A stretch of DNA of 64,000 nucleotides from an uncultured Bacilli bacterium (GCA_934086395.1 CAKOIE010000001.1:17871-81870); one strand, 5' to 3'; positions 38,695 to 52,224 are shown, counted from the stretch's first letter. Notes: generated by a model not told the origin, from the sequence alone. A program made the numbers and translations.

Positions 38695-40047
38695 TTACTT
38701 TCCTAAACAAAACTTTGAGAATAATTCATCTAATAAATCATCTTTATATGTTGCACCTATTATTTCACCTAATGTTTCATAGGTATTTTTTAAATCAATT
38801 GTGAACATATCAATTGGAACATTCTCATAATTGTTATATATATTTTCTATCATATCTTTAGCTTTAGTTATTAATGCGATTTGTCTTGCATTTGAAAGAT
38901 ATGTGTAGTCATCTTGTTCAATTTCATTAAGATTAAATAATCTCTTTATTTCATTTTTTAAATTTGTTAAACCTTCATAATTTAAGGTATTACCTGTTAT
39001 TATGTTATAGTTAGATAACTTCCTTAAATCTATTTTGTTATCTAAATCATTTTTATTGATAAAGATGATGGATTGTTTTGATTGTAATTCATTGATTGTT
39101 TCTAAATCTTCTCCAGTTAGTTCTTCATTATTATTTAGAACATAGATTATTAAATCGGCTTCGCCTATCATTTTTAAACTTTTTTCGACGCCTATTTGCT
39201 CGACGATATCGTTAGTTTTTCTGATTCCAGCAGTATCGATGATGTTTAATATTATTCCGTCTAAATTTATTTTGCCTTCTACTATATCTCTTGTTGTTCC
39301 GGGAATATTTGTAACTATTGCTTTTTCTTCTTCTAATAATGCGTTTAATATACTACTTTTACCAACGTTTGGTTTACCCACTAACGCAACTGATATTCCG
39401 TCTTTGATTATTTTACCATTTTTAGAATTTGATAATAACTCATTTATTTTTGAATATACTTTATCTATTAATGGCTTTAATGATTCTTTTGTGTATTTTT
39501 CTCCTTCTTCATATTCTGGATAATCAATATTTACTTCAATATTTGCCTGGATATCCATTATGTCTTTACGAATATCATTTATTTTATTTGATATATTTTT
39601 TGTTACTCCATTAATAGCAAGTTTACGTGATTTTTCTGTTTGAGATGATATTAAATCACTGATTGATTCTGCTTCAACTAGGTCTATTCTACCATTTAAA
39701 AAGGCTCTTTTGGTAAATTCACCAGGCTCAGCTTGTATGCATCCATTTAATAAAAGTAATTCTAAAATTTTATTGGTTGTAGCAGGACCTCCATGAGAAT
39801 TTATTTCAACTATATCTTCCATTGTAAATGTTTTTGGAGCTAACATAACTGAAACTAACACTTCATCTATTATTTCTTTATTAAATACAATATGTCCATA
39901 ATGAATTGTATGGGTTGGAACTTTGGTAAGATCTTTTCCATCAAATAAATTATTAACTATTTTTATGGCATCTGGTCCACTAACTCTTATTATAGAAATG
40001 GCTCCAACACCTAAACTTGTAGATATTGCACAGATAGTTGAATTCAT
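38695..40047 (-). CDS. mnmE: tRNA modification GTPase MnmE (TrmE)
   Basis: 450 aa. Contains GKPNVGKSS and DTAGIR, with a C-terminal FCLGK. Confidence 0.92.
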   Translation of the reverse strand: MNSTICAISTSLGVGAISIIRVSGPDAIKIVNNLFDGKDLTKVPTHTIHYGHIVFNKEIIDEVLVSVMLAPKTFTMEDIVEINSHGGPATTNKILELLLLNGCIQAEPGEFTKRAFLNGRIDLVEAESISDLISSQTEKSRKLAINGVTKNISNKINDIRKDIMDIQANIEVNIDYPEYEEGEKYTKESLKPLIDKVYSKINELLSNSKNGKIIKDGISVALVGKPNVGKSSILNALLEEEKAIVTNIPGTTRDIVEGKINLDGIILNIIDTAGIRKTNDIVEQIGVEKSLKMIGEADLIIYVLNNNEELTGEDLETINELQSKQSIIFINKNDLDNKIDLRKLSNYNIITGNTLNYEGLTNLKNEIKRLFNLNEIEQDDYTYLSNARQIALITKAKDMIENIYNNYENVPIDMFTIDLKNTYETLGEIIGATYKDDLLDELFSKFCLGK

Positions 40048-40136
40048 GGTATCACTCTCTTTCTTTCGTGCGTATTATATCACACTTGAATAATTAAAAA
40101 AAGGATTAAATTAAATCAGTTATTTTATGATTTAGA

Positions 40137-40829
40137 TTAATTCCTTTTGTTTTTTCGATGTTTAGGAACTGATATTTTTTTAGTTTTGGAAATGGTTCCT
40201 TCGTTATAACAATTAGCTAATGCTTTTTTATACATCTTACCTATTTCGAATAATTCGGGATTTTTTTCATTATTTGCTAAATCTGCAACTGTTCTTGCTT
40301 GATGCATTACTTCTTTGGTGTACCATTTTAAGTCAAATAGAATGTTTTTTACTAAAAGTTCTTTTTTTAATATTTCAAGAAAATACGAAAATAATTCATT
40401 TGTTTCATCAAGATATTCATTTCTTATTAGTTCTTTATTTAATATGATTAGTTCTTCTCTATTTATTAAATTTCTAAATTTATTTAAATCAATGGTACTT
40501 TCATCTAAATAAGCATATTTATTAGTTGATAATACAAAATAATTGTCTTCATTAACTCTTATGGTTATAAAATTAGTGTAATGTTTGTTATATTTTTTTG
40601 ATAGAGCTTTTAAGTAATCATTTGTATTTAGTATAATATTATAAATTGGTTTTAATTTTTGGTATAGTTCTAATGCGTTTTGACTTTCTATTTTGGTATA
40701 AATTAAATCATTTGCTCTTGATAGATATTCATTAATTGATGATATAAAAAGGTTTACATCATAATTACCGCTATTAATTTCATTTAATGTATCTTCTTTT
40801 AAAGTGATTGGTTTTAAAAATAATTTCAT
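40137..40829 (-). CDS. Hypothetical protein inserted between jag and mnmE
   Basis: 230-aa ORF with a basic C-terminal tail (KKISVPKHRKNKRN). No family recognised. Confidence 0.5.
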   Translation of the reverse strand: MKLFLKPITLKEDTLNEINSGNYDVNLFISSINEYLSRANDLIYTKIESQNALELYQKLKPIYNIILNTNDYLKALSKKYNKHYTNFITIRVNEDNYFVLSTNKYAYLDESTIDLNKFRNLINREELIILNKELIRNEYLDETNELFSYFLEILKKELLVKNILFDLKWYTKEVMHQARTVADLANNEKNPELFEIGKMYKKALANCYNEGTISKTKKISVPKHRKNKRN

Positions 40830-40889
40830 ATTATAGTCCTTTCCGTTAAGAATATTATATCATTTTTAAGCAAGAAAAAAAGGATTATA

Positions 40890-41501
40890 TTAATCCTCTG
40901 TTGGTTTGATAATAACGTGTCTATTAGGTTCTTCACCTTCGGAAATTGTAGTAATTCCTTTCATATTTGTTAAGCAATTATGAACAATTCTTCTTTCATA
41001 TGAATTCATATTTTCCATTACTATCTCTTGTTTAGTATTTTTAACTTCTCTAGCTAAATTTTTAGCTAATCTTTCAATGTGAGTTATTTGTTTATCTTTG
41101 TAATTTTCAACATCAAGATTTAAATATGGATATACTCCAATTTGATTATATATATATTGTTTGCAAATTGTTGATAAGGCGGTTAAATTTTTACCATCTC
41201 TTCCAATTAATATTGAATTATTGTTTGAAAATATTTTGATATTAATTTGTTTTTCTCTAATATTAGTTTCAAATTTAACTTCTAATCCCATGTTTTTAAT
41301 AGTCTCTTCTAAAAATGATTTTATAGCATTTTGAACTTCAGTTAGTTTTACGATTGTAAATTTAACTGTATCACTTTTTAAGAAACCACCTTTATTAATT
41401 TGTTTATGATATAATATTTCATCTTCTGTTACATTTAAATCTGATAAGGCTTTTTCAAAAACCTCATTTGCTTTTTTTCCTTCATATGAATATACTTCCA
41501 C
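40890..41501 (-). CDS. jag: Jag/KhpB RNA-binding protein (KH plus R3H)
   Basis: 203 aa. The C-terminus has the R3H context YERRIVHNCL. Immediately downstream of yidC. Confidence 0.8.
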   Translation of the reverse strand: MEVYSYEGKKANEVFEKALSDLNVTEDEILYHKQINKGGFLKSDTVKFTIVKLTEVQNAIKSFLEETIKNMGLEVKFETNIREKQINIKIFSNNNSILIGRDGKNLTALSTICKQYIYNQIGVYPYLNLDVENYKDKQITHIERLAKNLAREVKNTKQEIVMENMNSYERRIVHNCLTNMKGITTISEGEEPNRHVIIKPTED

Positions 41502-41502
41502 T

Positions 41503-42435
41503 TTATTTTCTTCCCTTCATTATTATTAAATTTTGAATAACGTTAAATCCATTTGTTACAACCCAGTATAAGGCAATGGCAGTTGGTAAACTAAATGATG
41601 CAATTGTTATGAACACTAACATGAAGTATGTCATCATTTTCATTTGTTTATCTTGTTCGGGATTACCACTTGTTTGAGTCATAGTGTTTTTGAATGACAA
41701 ATATGTTGTTAACATTATTAATAATAGTAACACGATATAATAATAATTTCCAGTTCTTAATCCGATTAATGGAGTTATACCTAAGTGGTATGCACCTAAG
41801 GTTCCTTCAAAGATTGCCGGAATACGATTTATTGCTTCTAGGAATCCGAAGAATAATGGAAATTGAATTAATGAGATTAAACAACTTCCCATTGGGTTAA
41901 TATTATATTTTTTATAAATTTGTAACATTTCGGTACTTTTCATAGTTAATGATTGTTGATCATTTTTGTTTTTATATTTCTTTTCTAGTCTAGCTAGTTC
42001 TGGACTTGCTTTTTTCATATTTTCAGATTGTTTCATTGTTTTAGCTGAAAATGGAACTAAGATAAGTCTAATTAATAAACCGACAATCATTACTGATAAA
42101 CCATAGTTACCAACAAAATTTCCAATTTTAATAATTAAGTAGGCAAGTGGCATTACAATTAATTGAACCCATAAACCACTATATGTTTTAGAATCATAAA
42201 TTTTGATATTTTCACAATCAGGCAAATCTTCTAATTTAAATTCTAATTTATCTTCATATTGTTTATAAATAGAATTTAAATTATCGTCTGTTGGTTTACA
42301 TAATATATTTGATGGTAAACTTTGACCTGTTTCTTCATTTATAACTCTTTTGTTATCATTATCTGATAAGTATTTAGTACAACCTGTTAATAAGAAACAT
42401 AAGCTGACTAAAATTATGATGTACTTTTTTTTCAT
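41503..42435 (-). CDS. yidC: Membrane protein insertase YidC/SpoIIIJ (lipoprotein type)
   Basis: 310 aa. Contains the lipobox LLTGC and multiple TM spans. Position is after rnpA. Confidence 0.85.
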   Translation of the reverse strand: MKKKYIIILVSLCFLLTGCTKYLSDNDNKRVINEETGQSLPSNILCKPTDDNLNSIYKQYEDKLEFKLEDLPDCENIKIYDSKTYSGLWVQLIVMPLAYLIIKIGNFVGNYGLSVMIVGLLIRLILVPFSAKTMKQSENMKKASPELARLEKKYKNKNDQQSLTMKSTEMLQIYKKYNINPMGSCLISLIQFPLFFGFLEAINRIPAIFEGTLGAYHLGITPLIGLRTGNYYYIVLLLLIMLTTYLSFKNTMTQTSGNPEQDKQMKMMTYFMLVFITIASFSLPTAIALYWVVTNGFNVIQNLIIMKGRK

Positions 42436-42758
42436 AGTTTCTCCTTTATTACTTTAAGCAAATTATCTTCGATTTGTTTAAAATTTAAAGTATCACACTT
42501 TTTCATTATTATTATAATATAGTCATATTCATTTTTAAATACTTTTATATTGGTTCTAATAATTTCTCTTAATATTCTACGATAACGATTTCTTTTATAA
42601 GCTTTGCCAAACTTTTTAGCTTGGGTAATTCCAAACCTAGGATTATCTAATTTCTTTTCCTTATAGTAAATTATAAAGAATGGAGAATAGACCTTAGTTC
42701 CGGTTTTAATAATATCGTTAAATTCATCAGCGGACTTAATTCGCATTTTAGTATTCAT
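42432..42758 (-). CDS. rnpA: Ribonuclease P protein component
   Basis: 108 aa. Contains FGITQAKKFGKAYKRNRYRRILRE. Confidence 0.88.
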   Translation of the reverse strand: MNTKMRIKSADEFNDIIKTGTKVYSPFFIIYYKEKKLDNPRFGITQAKKFGKAYKRNRYRRILREIIRTNIKVFKNEYDYIIIIMKKCDTLNFKQIEDNLLKVIKEKL

Positions 42759-42800
42759 TGTTATTCCTCCTATTGATTAGAATAAAAACCACTTACGTGG

Positions 42801-42923
42801 CTACTTACATAATACTTTACGACCTTTACGTCTACGAGATTTTAATATGTTAGAATTTTTTCTAGCAAAGAATCCATGTTTCTTTTTCATTTTTCTATTG
42901 TTTGGTTGATATGTTCTTTTCAT
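42801..42923 (-). CDS. rpmH: 50S ribosomal protein L34
   Basis: The last 40 codons of the 140-aa track ORF read MKRTYQPNNRKMKKKHGFFARKNSNILKSRRRKGRKVLCK. ATG at 42923 is preceded by GGAGGTG. Confidence 0.9.
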   Translation of the reverse strand: MKRTYQPNNRKMKKKHGFFARKNSNILKSRRRKGRKVLCK

Positions 42924-42991
42924 CGTTTGCACCTCCGCTTCATTCGTAATCATAGTATAATATAAGTTAGAAAAAAAGTAAAGAAAAATAG

Positions 42992-43166
42992 TTTTCCACA
43001 ATAATGTGTGGAAAAGTGGAAAACTTTTTAACAATGTGAATTTAAAATTGTTGAAATTGTGGATAAGTTGTTTACATTCCGATAAAATGGACTTATTTTT
43101 GTGGAAAAGTATGTGTATAACTATGTTTAAAAAAAATTTTTGTATTTTTTTCTTTATTTTTCCACA
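42992..43166. promoter_or_regulatory. oriC part 1: DnaA-box cluster upstream of dnaA
   Basis: TTTTCCACA at 42992-43000 and 43158-43166. TGTGGAAAA at 43007-15 and 43100-08. AGTGGAAAA at 43015-23. A perfect TGTGGATAA (rc TTATCCACA) at 43058-66. AT-rich tracts lie in between. Confidence 0.85.
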
Positions 43167-43215
43167 ATCGTGGTTTACAATAGGGGTAGCAAAAACGAAG
43201 TATCGGGGTGATGGT

Positions 43216-44598
43216 ATGGACAATGAACAATTATGGAATAAATTTTTAAAAGAAATTCAAATTAAGATACAACCATTTTCTTTTAATAGTTGGTTAAAAC
43301 CCACGAAATTACTAGGGATAAATGAAAATTCTTGTATTGTAGAGGTTGAGAGTGAGTTTCAAAAAACATTTCTTTCTAAGAACTATACTGACTTAATGAG
43401 TGAAGTTTTATATGGAATAACTAATGTTAATTATGATTTTGAATTTGTTCTTAAAAGTGAAAAACATAATGAAGAAATTATTAAAGAAGAGAAAAGCGTT
43501 GAAACAAAAAATCTTGGCAAATCCCTAGAAATAGAGCATAAAAAGTTAAATTCGAATTTAAAACCAGAGTATACTTTTGATAATTTTATTGTTGGAGATA
43601 CTAATAGATTTGCGACTGTTTCAGCTCAAGCGGTAGCAGAAAATCCGGGGAAAATATATAATCCTTTATTTATATATGGAAAGAGTGGTCTTGGTAAAAC
43701 CCATTTAATGCATGCGATAGGAAATCAGATTGTTAAAAATTCTGGGAAAGTTGTTTTATATGTAACTAGTAGTGAATTTATTGCAGACTTTACTGGAATG
43801 CTTAGAAAAGATAAGAATGTTGATAATTATGAGGTTATGAACAATTTTAAAGATAAATATCGTAACATTGATGTTCTTATTATAGATGATATTCAATTTT
43901 TATCGGGAGCTGATAAATCACAAGATGAATTTTTCCATACATTTACTGAATTATACGATTCAAATAAACAAATAATTATAAGTTCAGATAGATCGCCAGA
44001 TGATTTAAAATTATTGGAAGAACGTCTATTAACTAGATTTAGATGGGGTTTAACAGCGAATATTTATCCACCAGATTTTGAACTTAGATGTCAAATTCTT
44101 AGAAATAAGATGATGGGGCATGAGGTGGCGGAAATGGTTAGTGATAAAGTAATTGAATATATTGCTTCTAATTGTGATAATGACGTTAGACAATTAGAGG
44201 GAGCAATAACTAGATTGTATGCTTACGCTGCAATGATGAGACCACCAGAAATAAATGTTGAATTTGCAACAGAAGCACTTAAAGAATTTTTGGGCAAATC
44301 AATTTATATAACAAATAATATTCAAAGGATTCAAAGAGCTGTTGCTGAATATTTTAACTTAAGTGTTGAGGATTTAAAAAGTAAGAAGAGAAATGCGAAC
44401 ATAAATTATGCAAGACAAATTGCAATATATTTAAGCCAAACTACTACTGATGAGACTCTTGTTAAAATAGGACTTGAATTTGGAAATAGAGACCATTCAA
44501 CAGTTATACATGCATGTGATAAAATAGAAGAGGATATTAACACAAATGCGAAGTTAAAAGATGATATTGAGAACATAAAAAATAAAATTGTTAATTAA
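43216..44598 (+). CDS. dnaA: Chromosomal replication initiator DnaA
   Basis: Start taken at M71 of the track ORF (MDNEQLWNKFLKEIQ). Contains GKSGLGKTHL, LIIDDIQFL and a C-terminal HTH with DHSTVIHA. Confidence 0.92.
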   Translation: MDNEQLWNKFLKEIQIKIQPFSFNSWLKPTKLLGINENSCIVEVESEFQKTFLSKNYTDLMSEVLYGITNVNYDFEFVLKSEKHNEEIIKEEKSVETKNLGKSLEIEHKKLNSNLKPEYTFDNFIVGDTNRFATVSAQAVAENPGKIYNPLFIYGKSGLGKTHLMHAIGNQIVKNSGKVVLYVTSSEFIADFTGMLRKDKNVDNYEVMNNFKDKYRNIDVLIIDDIQFLSGADKSQDEFFHTFTELYDSNKQIIISSDRSPDDLKLLEERLLTRFRWGLTANIYPPDFELRCQILRNKMMGHEVAEMVSDKVIEYIASNCDNDVRQLEGAITRLYAYAAMMRPPEINVEFATEALKEFLGKSIYITNNIQRIQRAVAEYFNLSVEDLKSKKRNANINYARQIAIYLSQTTTDETLVKIGLEFGNRDHSTVIHACDKIEEDINTNAKLKDDIENIKNKIVN

Positions 44599-44668
44599 TG
44601 TGGAAAAGTTCTAAAATAAAAATTTTAAAGAAAGCCTTTAAAATAGAGAAGTTTTAGAGTTTTCCACA
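44599..44668. promoter_or_regulatory. oriC part 2: DnaA boxes between dnaA and dnaN
   Basis: TGTGGAAAA at 44599-44607 and TTTTCCACA at 44660-44668. Confidence 0.7.
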
Positions 44669-44713
44669 ATATGAACACCATTATTATTATTAAATTAGAA
44701 AGAAGGAAATAAA

Positions 44714-45829
44714 ATGAAATTAATAATTGAAAAAAATATTTTATTAGAAAGTTTAAGTAATGTTATTAGAGCAGTATCTCCAAGAAATATTATTCCTATA
44801 TTAAATGGAGTTATGTTTGATTTAAAAGAAGAAGGTTTATATTTAACTGCTAGTGATAGTGATCTTGTTATAAGAAAGTTTATTCCTAGTGATAAGATTA
44901 AATCAATTGAAGAGACAGGTAAAATTATTATTCAAAGTAAATACCTATTAGATATAATTAAGAAGATGCCTAATTCAGATATTAATATTGAAGTAATAGA
45001 TGGATTAAAGATAATAATTAGTACAGAGAATACAGTATATAATTTAAATTGTTTAAGTACTGAAGATTATCCTAATATAAATTTAGAAACTGTTAATAAC
45101 CCAATAGTTTTGAACAGTTCTATTTTAAAAGAGTTGTTTTCACAAACTTTATTTGCTATTTCAACTCAGGAATCTCGTCCATTATTAACTGGTTTAAATA
45201 TTAGAATTAATGGTAATGTGATGGAATGTGTTACGACTGATAGCTATAGACTTGCTAAGAAGACTATAGTTTTAGATGCTGATTATGGAACTCATGATAT
45301 TGTTGTTCCGGGAAAAAATATTCAAGAATTTGATAAGATATTAACTGATGAAGAGAATGTAAAGATTAATTTATTTAGTAATAAGTTATTATTTGAATAT
45401 AATGGTTATTTATTTCAAACTAGTTTGCTTAGTGGACAATATCCTAATACATCTAATTTAATACCAACAGATTTTGAGTATATATTAACTACTAATTTAG
45501 ATAATTTTTATAGCGCAATTGATAGAGCAGCGTTACTTACACAAAATAAAGATAAAAATTTAATTAATATGAAAACAGTAGGAAATGAACTTGTTATTAC
45601 TTCATTTGCTAGTGAAATTGGTAAATCTGAAGAAAGTGTTGCTATTTCTAAAAATAATGATAACGATATTACCATTTCTTATAGTGCTAAATATATGCTT
45701 GATGCATTAAAGACTTTAAAAGATGATGAGTTAATTATATTAATGAATGGTGATTCTAAACCAATAATTTTAAAAAATGCTAAGGATGAGAGTTTAATTC
45801 AGTTGATTTTACCAATAAAAACATATTAA
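44714..45829 (+). CDS. dnaN: DNA polymerase III beta sliding clamp
   Basis: 371 aa. Position after dnaA, with typical three-domain clamp sequence (..RPLLTGLNI.., ..LPIKTY end). Confidence 0.9.
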   Translation: MKLIIEKNILLESLSNVIRAVSPRNIIPILNGVMFDLKEEGLYLTASDSDLVIRKFIPSDKIKSIEETGKIIIQSKYLLDIIKKMPNSDINIEVIDGLKIIISTENTVYNLNCLSTEDYPNINLETVNNPIVLNSSILKELFSQTLFAISTQESRPLLTGLNIRINGNVMECVTTDSYRLAKKTIVLDADYGTHDIVVPGKNIQEFDKILTDEENVKINLFSNKLLFEYNGYLFQTSLLSGQYPNTSNLIPTDFEYILTTNLDNFYSAIDRAALLTQNKDKNLINMKTVGNELVITSFASEIGKSEESVAISKNNDNDITISYSAKYMLDALKTLKDDELIILMNGDSKPIILKNAKDESLIQLILPIKTY

Positions 45830-45890
45830 AATTTGATATTTATAGAAAAGTGGATTTTAAATAATTCACTTTTTTTAATTTTTTAAATTA

Positions 45891-45920
45891 TTTCGACAAA
45901 TTTCGGCATATTTCGACAAA
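45891..45920 (+). repeat. Three back-to-back 10-bp repeats TTTCG(A/G)CA(A/T)A upstream of the comK-like gene
   Basis: Read directly at 45891, 45901 and 45911: tttcgacaaa|tttcggcata|tttcgacaaa. The last copy ends 41 nt before the TTG start. Confidence 0.7.
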
Positions 45921-45961
45921 ATGTTGTGATTTAATATACGACTAAAGAGGGGGTGAGTAGT

Positions 45962-46411
45962 TTGAAAAGTTATAAGATTACAGAAAATACATTAGCGATT
46001 GTACCATTAAGTAAAAAGAAAACAGTTGTATATGAAAATCACGATTATTATATTTTAGATAAGAATGTATCATCAGTTATTAATGAAAATTGCGAATATT
46101 ATGGAAGCAGTATTGATGGTAGATTAAAAGGAACTTATGCTATGCTTGGTTTTGGTTATAAGGCTCCAATTGTTATGTCTGAACAAGATAATATGATATT
46201 TTTTCCAACATGTTCTCCTAGATTAAAAGAATGTTCTTGGATTAATTTAGGAAATATAAAAAAAATAGTTCCGGATGACGAAAAAACAACTATTCAATTT
46301 TTAAATGATGAAGAAATAAATGTAGATGCAACTTATAATATAATAAGAAATCAATACTTTAAATCTTTGTCGCTTGATAATGCATTAAAAAATAGAAAAA
46401 AAGATAAATAA
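45962..46411 (+). CDS. ComK-family transcription factor homologue
   Basis: CEYYGSSIDGRLKGTYAMLGFGYKAPIVMSEQDNMIFFPTCSPRLKECSWIN aligns with B. subtilis ComK CRFFGSSYAGRKAGTYEVTKISHKPPIMVDPSNQIFLFPTLSSTRPQCGWIS. TTG 45962 is preferred over GTG 45953 on SD spacing (AGAGGGGG). Confidence 0.75.
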   Translation: MKSYKITENTLAIVPLSKKKTVVYENHDYYILDKNVSSVINENCEYYGSSIDGRLKGTYAMLGFGYKAPIVMSEQDNMIFFPTCSPRLKECSWINLGNIKKIVPDDEKTTIQFLNDEEINVDATYNIIRNQYFKSLSLDNALKNRKKDK

Positions 46412-46508
46412 TTGTTTTAAGCAATCTTAAAATGTGGTATAATGAAATAGGTATAGGTACTTTAGAATATACCTATTTTGTTCTATATGGCTTTAAAGAG
46501 GGTTTAAA

Positions 46509-49524
<3,016 letters not shown>

Positions 49525-49537
49525 GAGGTGTTTTGAT

Positions 49538-52114
49538 ATGAATAATGAAGAAAATGAAAATATAATTGATACTACAAACGTAGATACTAATGAAGATTTA
49601 GTTACTCATGAAGAAATAGTTGATGATAATATTAAGGTAAATAATGATTCAACTGATGATTTTAGTGGTGTATTTCATGAAAGAGATTCTAGAGATGTTA
49701 ATAATATTGTTACTGAGGTCAAGGATTCGTTTTTAAGATACTCTATGAGTGTTATTACATCTCGTGCTCTACCAGACTTAAGAGATGGTTTAAAACCTGT
49801 TCACAGACGTATTTTATGGTCTATGTATGAGGAAGGTAATACTCCTGATAAACCTCATAGAAAATCAGCTACAACTGTTGGTAATGTTATGGGACATTAT
49901 CATCCACATGGTGACTCTTCAATTTATGAAGCAATGGTAAGACTTGCACAGGATTTTAGTCAAAGATATACTTTGGTTGATGGACACGGAAACTTTGGTA
50001 ATATTGATGGTGATGGAGCTGCTGCTTACCGTTATACTGAGGCTAGATTATCAAAATTATCTCTTGAATTATTAAGAGATATTAATAAAGATACTGTTGA
50101 TTTTATGCCTAACTTTGATGAAACTTTAAAAGAACCTAAGGTTTTACCTAGTAAATTTCCAAATGTACTTGTAAATGGAACAATGGGTATAGCTGTTGGT
50201 ATGGCAACTAATATTCCTCCTCATAATTTAGGGGAAGTAATTGATGGATGTGTTGCTTATATTGATAATCCTGATATTGATACTTTAGGTTTAATGCAAT
50301 ATATTAAAGGACCTGATTTTCCAACTGGTGGCATTATTTTAGGAAATTCTGGTATTAAACAGGCTTATGAAACTGGTAGGGGAACGATTACTATTAGAAG
50401 TAGAGCGGAAATTGAGGAAAAGGGAACGCATTCTAATATTGTTATTACTGAAGTTCCTTATGGTGTTAATACTAGTGAACTTAAAAATAAAGTTGCTGAA
50501 CTTGTTCATAACAAGATTATTGATGGTATAACTGATTATCACACTGATTTAAAGAATGGAGTTAAAATTACTATTACTTTAAAGAAGGATGCTAATGCAC
50601 AGGTTGTTTTAAATAAATTATTTAAGCATACTCAATTTCAAGTTAATTATAGTATTATCTTTTTAATGCTTGATCAGGGGGTTCCACGTACTTTAGGATT
50701 AAAATCTATTATTTCGAAGTACATAGATCATCAAAAAGAAGTTATTATTAGAAGAACTAAGTTTGATTTGAAAAAGAGTGAGGCTAGAGTTCATATTTTA
50801 GAAGGTTATAAGATTGCTCTTGATAATATTGATGAGGTTATTAAGGTTATTAAGACATCTGAAACTGATGAAATTGCTAAAAAGACTTTAATGGATAGAT
50901 TTTTCTTATCTCAAATTCAAGCTGAAAGTATTCTAGAATTAAAGTTAAGACGTTTAACTGGTTTAGAAAGAAGTAAGATTGAAGAGGAATTAAAGTCATT
51001 ATTAGAACTAATTGAGGAATTGAAATCAATTTTAGCTAGTGAAGAAAAAGTTTTAAACATTATAAAACAAGAATTGTTAGATATTAAGAATAGATATTCT
51101 GATGATAGACGTACTTCTATTGATATGACTGCTATTGATTATATTGAAGATGAATCTTTGATTCCAAATGAAAATATAGTTATTTCTTTAACATCTAAAG
51201 GATATATTAAGAGAACTACTTCTGAAACTTACAAGATTCAAAATAGAGGTGGTGTAGGTGTAAAGGGAATGTCAACTAATGAGGAAGATTATGTCGAGTA
51301 TATGTCAAATTTGATGTCTCATGATTATGTATTATTATTTACTAACAAAGGTAAGGTTTATAAGATTAAAGGATATGAAGTTCCTGAATTTAGTAGAACT
51401 TCTAAGGGATTACCAATTATTAATTTATTACAAATAGATAAAGATGAGTATGTAACTTCAATGCTTACTTATTCTAGAACTGATAGTGCTAAATATTTAT
51501 TATTTGCTACTAAGAAAGGTATTGTTAAGAAGACTGCTATTGAGGAATTTGATAATATTAGAAAATCTGGTAAGATTTGTATTAGTTTAAGAGATAATGA
51601 TGAATTGATTGGCGTTAAGAAAACTGATGGTGAATGTGATGTTGTTCTTGCTTCATCAGCTGGTAGAGTTGTATTATTCAATGAATCTGATATTAGAATG
51701 ATGGGTAGAACTGCTTCTGGAGTTAAAGGAATTAATCTTGGTGATGAGTTATGTGTTGGAGTTGAAACTACTAAGGAATCTGATAATATTGTAATTGTTA
51801 CTGAAAAAGGTTATGGTAAATTAACATTAGTTAGTGAATTTAGAAAAACTAGTAGAGGTAGCAAGGGAGTTAAGGCTTTAAATATTACTGATAAGAATGG
51901 TGGTATTGCTGCAATTAAACGTGTAGAAGATAATTGTGATTTAATGATTATCACAAATGAGGGTATTATTATTAGAATTCCTCTTGATCAATTAAGTCAA
52001 TTAGGTAGAGTTACTCAAGGAACTAGACTTATTAATTTAAAAAATGAACAAAAAGTAGCAGCTATAAGCTTAATTTTAAAGAATAATGATGAAAATATCG
52101 ATATAAATGAGTAA
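49538..52114 (+). CDS. gyrA: DNA gyrase subunit A (with ~55-aa acidic N-terminal extension)
   Basis: 858 aa. Contains [24 protein letters not shown], the active-site [11 protein letters not shown], and C-terminal beta-pinwheel repeats. Strong SD (GGAGGTG) before 49538. Confidence 0.95.
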   Translation: MNNEENENIIDTTNVDTNEDLVTHEEIVDDNIKVNNDSTDDFSGVFHERDSRDVNNIVTEVKDSFLRYSMSVITSRALPDLRDGLKPVHRRILWSMYEEGNTPDKPHRKSATTVGNVMGHYHPHGDSSIYEAMVRLAQDFSQRYTLVDGHGNFGNIDGDGAAAYRYTEARLSKLSLELLRDINKDTVDFMPNFDETLKEPKVLPSKFPNVLVNGTMGIAVGMATNIPPHNLGEVIDGCVAYIDNPDIDTLGLMQYIKGPDFPTGGIILGNSGIKQAYETGRGTITIRSRAEIEEKGTHSNIVITEVPYGVNTSELKNKVAELVHNKIIDGITDYHTDLKNGVKITITLKKDANAQVVLNKLFKHTQFQVNYSIIFLMLDQGVPRTLGLKSIISKYIDHQKEVIIRRTKFDLKKSEARVHILEGYKIALDNIDEVIKVIKTSETDEIAKKTLMDRFFLSQIQAESILELKLRRLTGLERSKIEEELKSLLELIEELKSILASEEKVLNIIKQELLDIKNRYSDDRRTSIDMTAIDYIEDESLIPNENIVISLTSKGYIKRTTSETYKIQNRGGVGVKGMSTNEEDYVEYMSNLMSHDYVLLFTNKGKVYKIKGYEVPEFSRTSKGLPIINLLQIDKDEYVTSMLTYSRTDSAKYLLFATKKGIVKKTAIEEFDNIRKSGKICISLRDNDELIGVKKTDGECDVVLASSAGRVVLFNESDIRMMGRTASGVKGINLGDELCVGVETTKESDNIVIVTEKGYGKLTLVSEFRKTSRGSKGVKALNITDKNGGIAAIKRVEDNCDLMIITNEGIIIRIPLDQLSQLGRVTQGTRLINLKNEQKVAAISLILKNNDENIDINE

Positions 52115-52224
52115 TTTATATCGTTTTTCTTTTGATTTAAAAAGTTTTCCACATTTTTTTCATTTCAATATTTAAATTTTAGTTAGTTATTTATTAACAT
52201 TTTATTTATATATTTTAAAAAATT

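Noticed and set aside
43006-43215. 70-codon N-terminal extension of dnaA in the track ORF
   Set aside because: It overlaps the DnaA boxes and gives low-complexity sequence. The conserved DnaA N-terminus begins at MDNEQLWNKF (ATG 43216).
42801-43223. 140-aa minus-strand ORF spanning the rpmH-dnaA spacer
   Set aside because: Only its last 40 codons are L34, with their own ATG and SD at 42923. The remainder reads through the DnaA-box/AT-rich origin and is an ORF-finder artefact.
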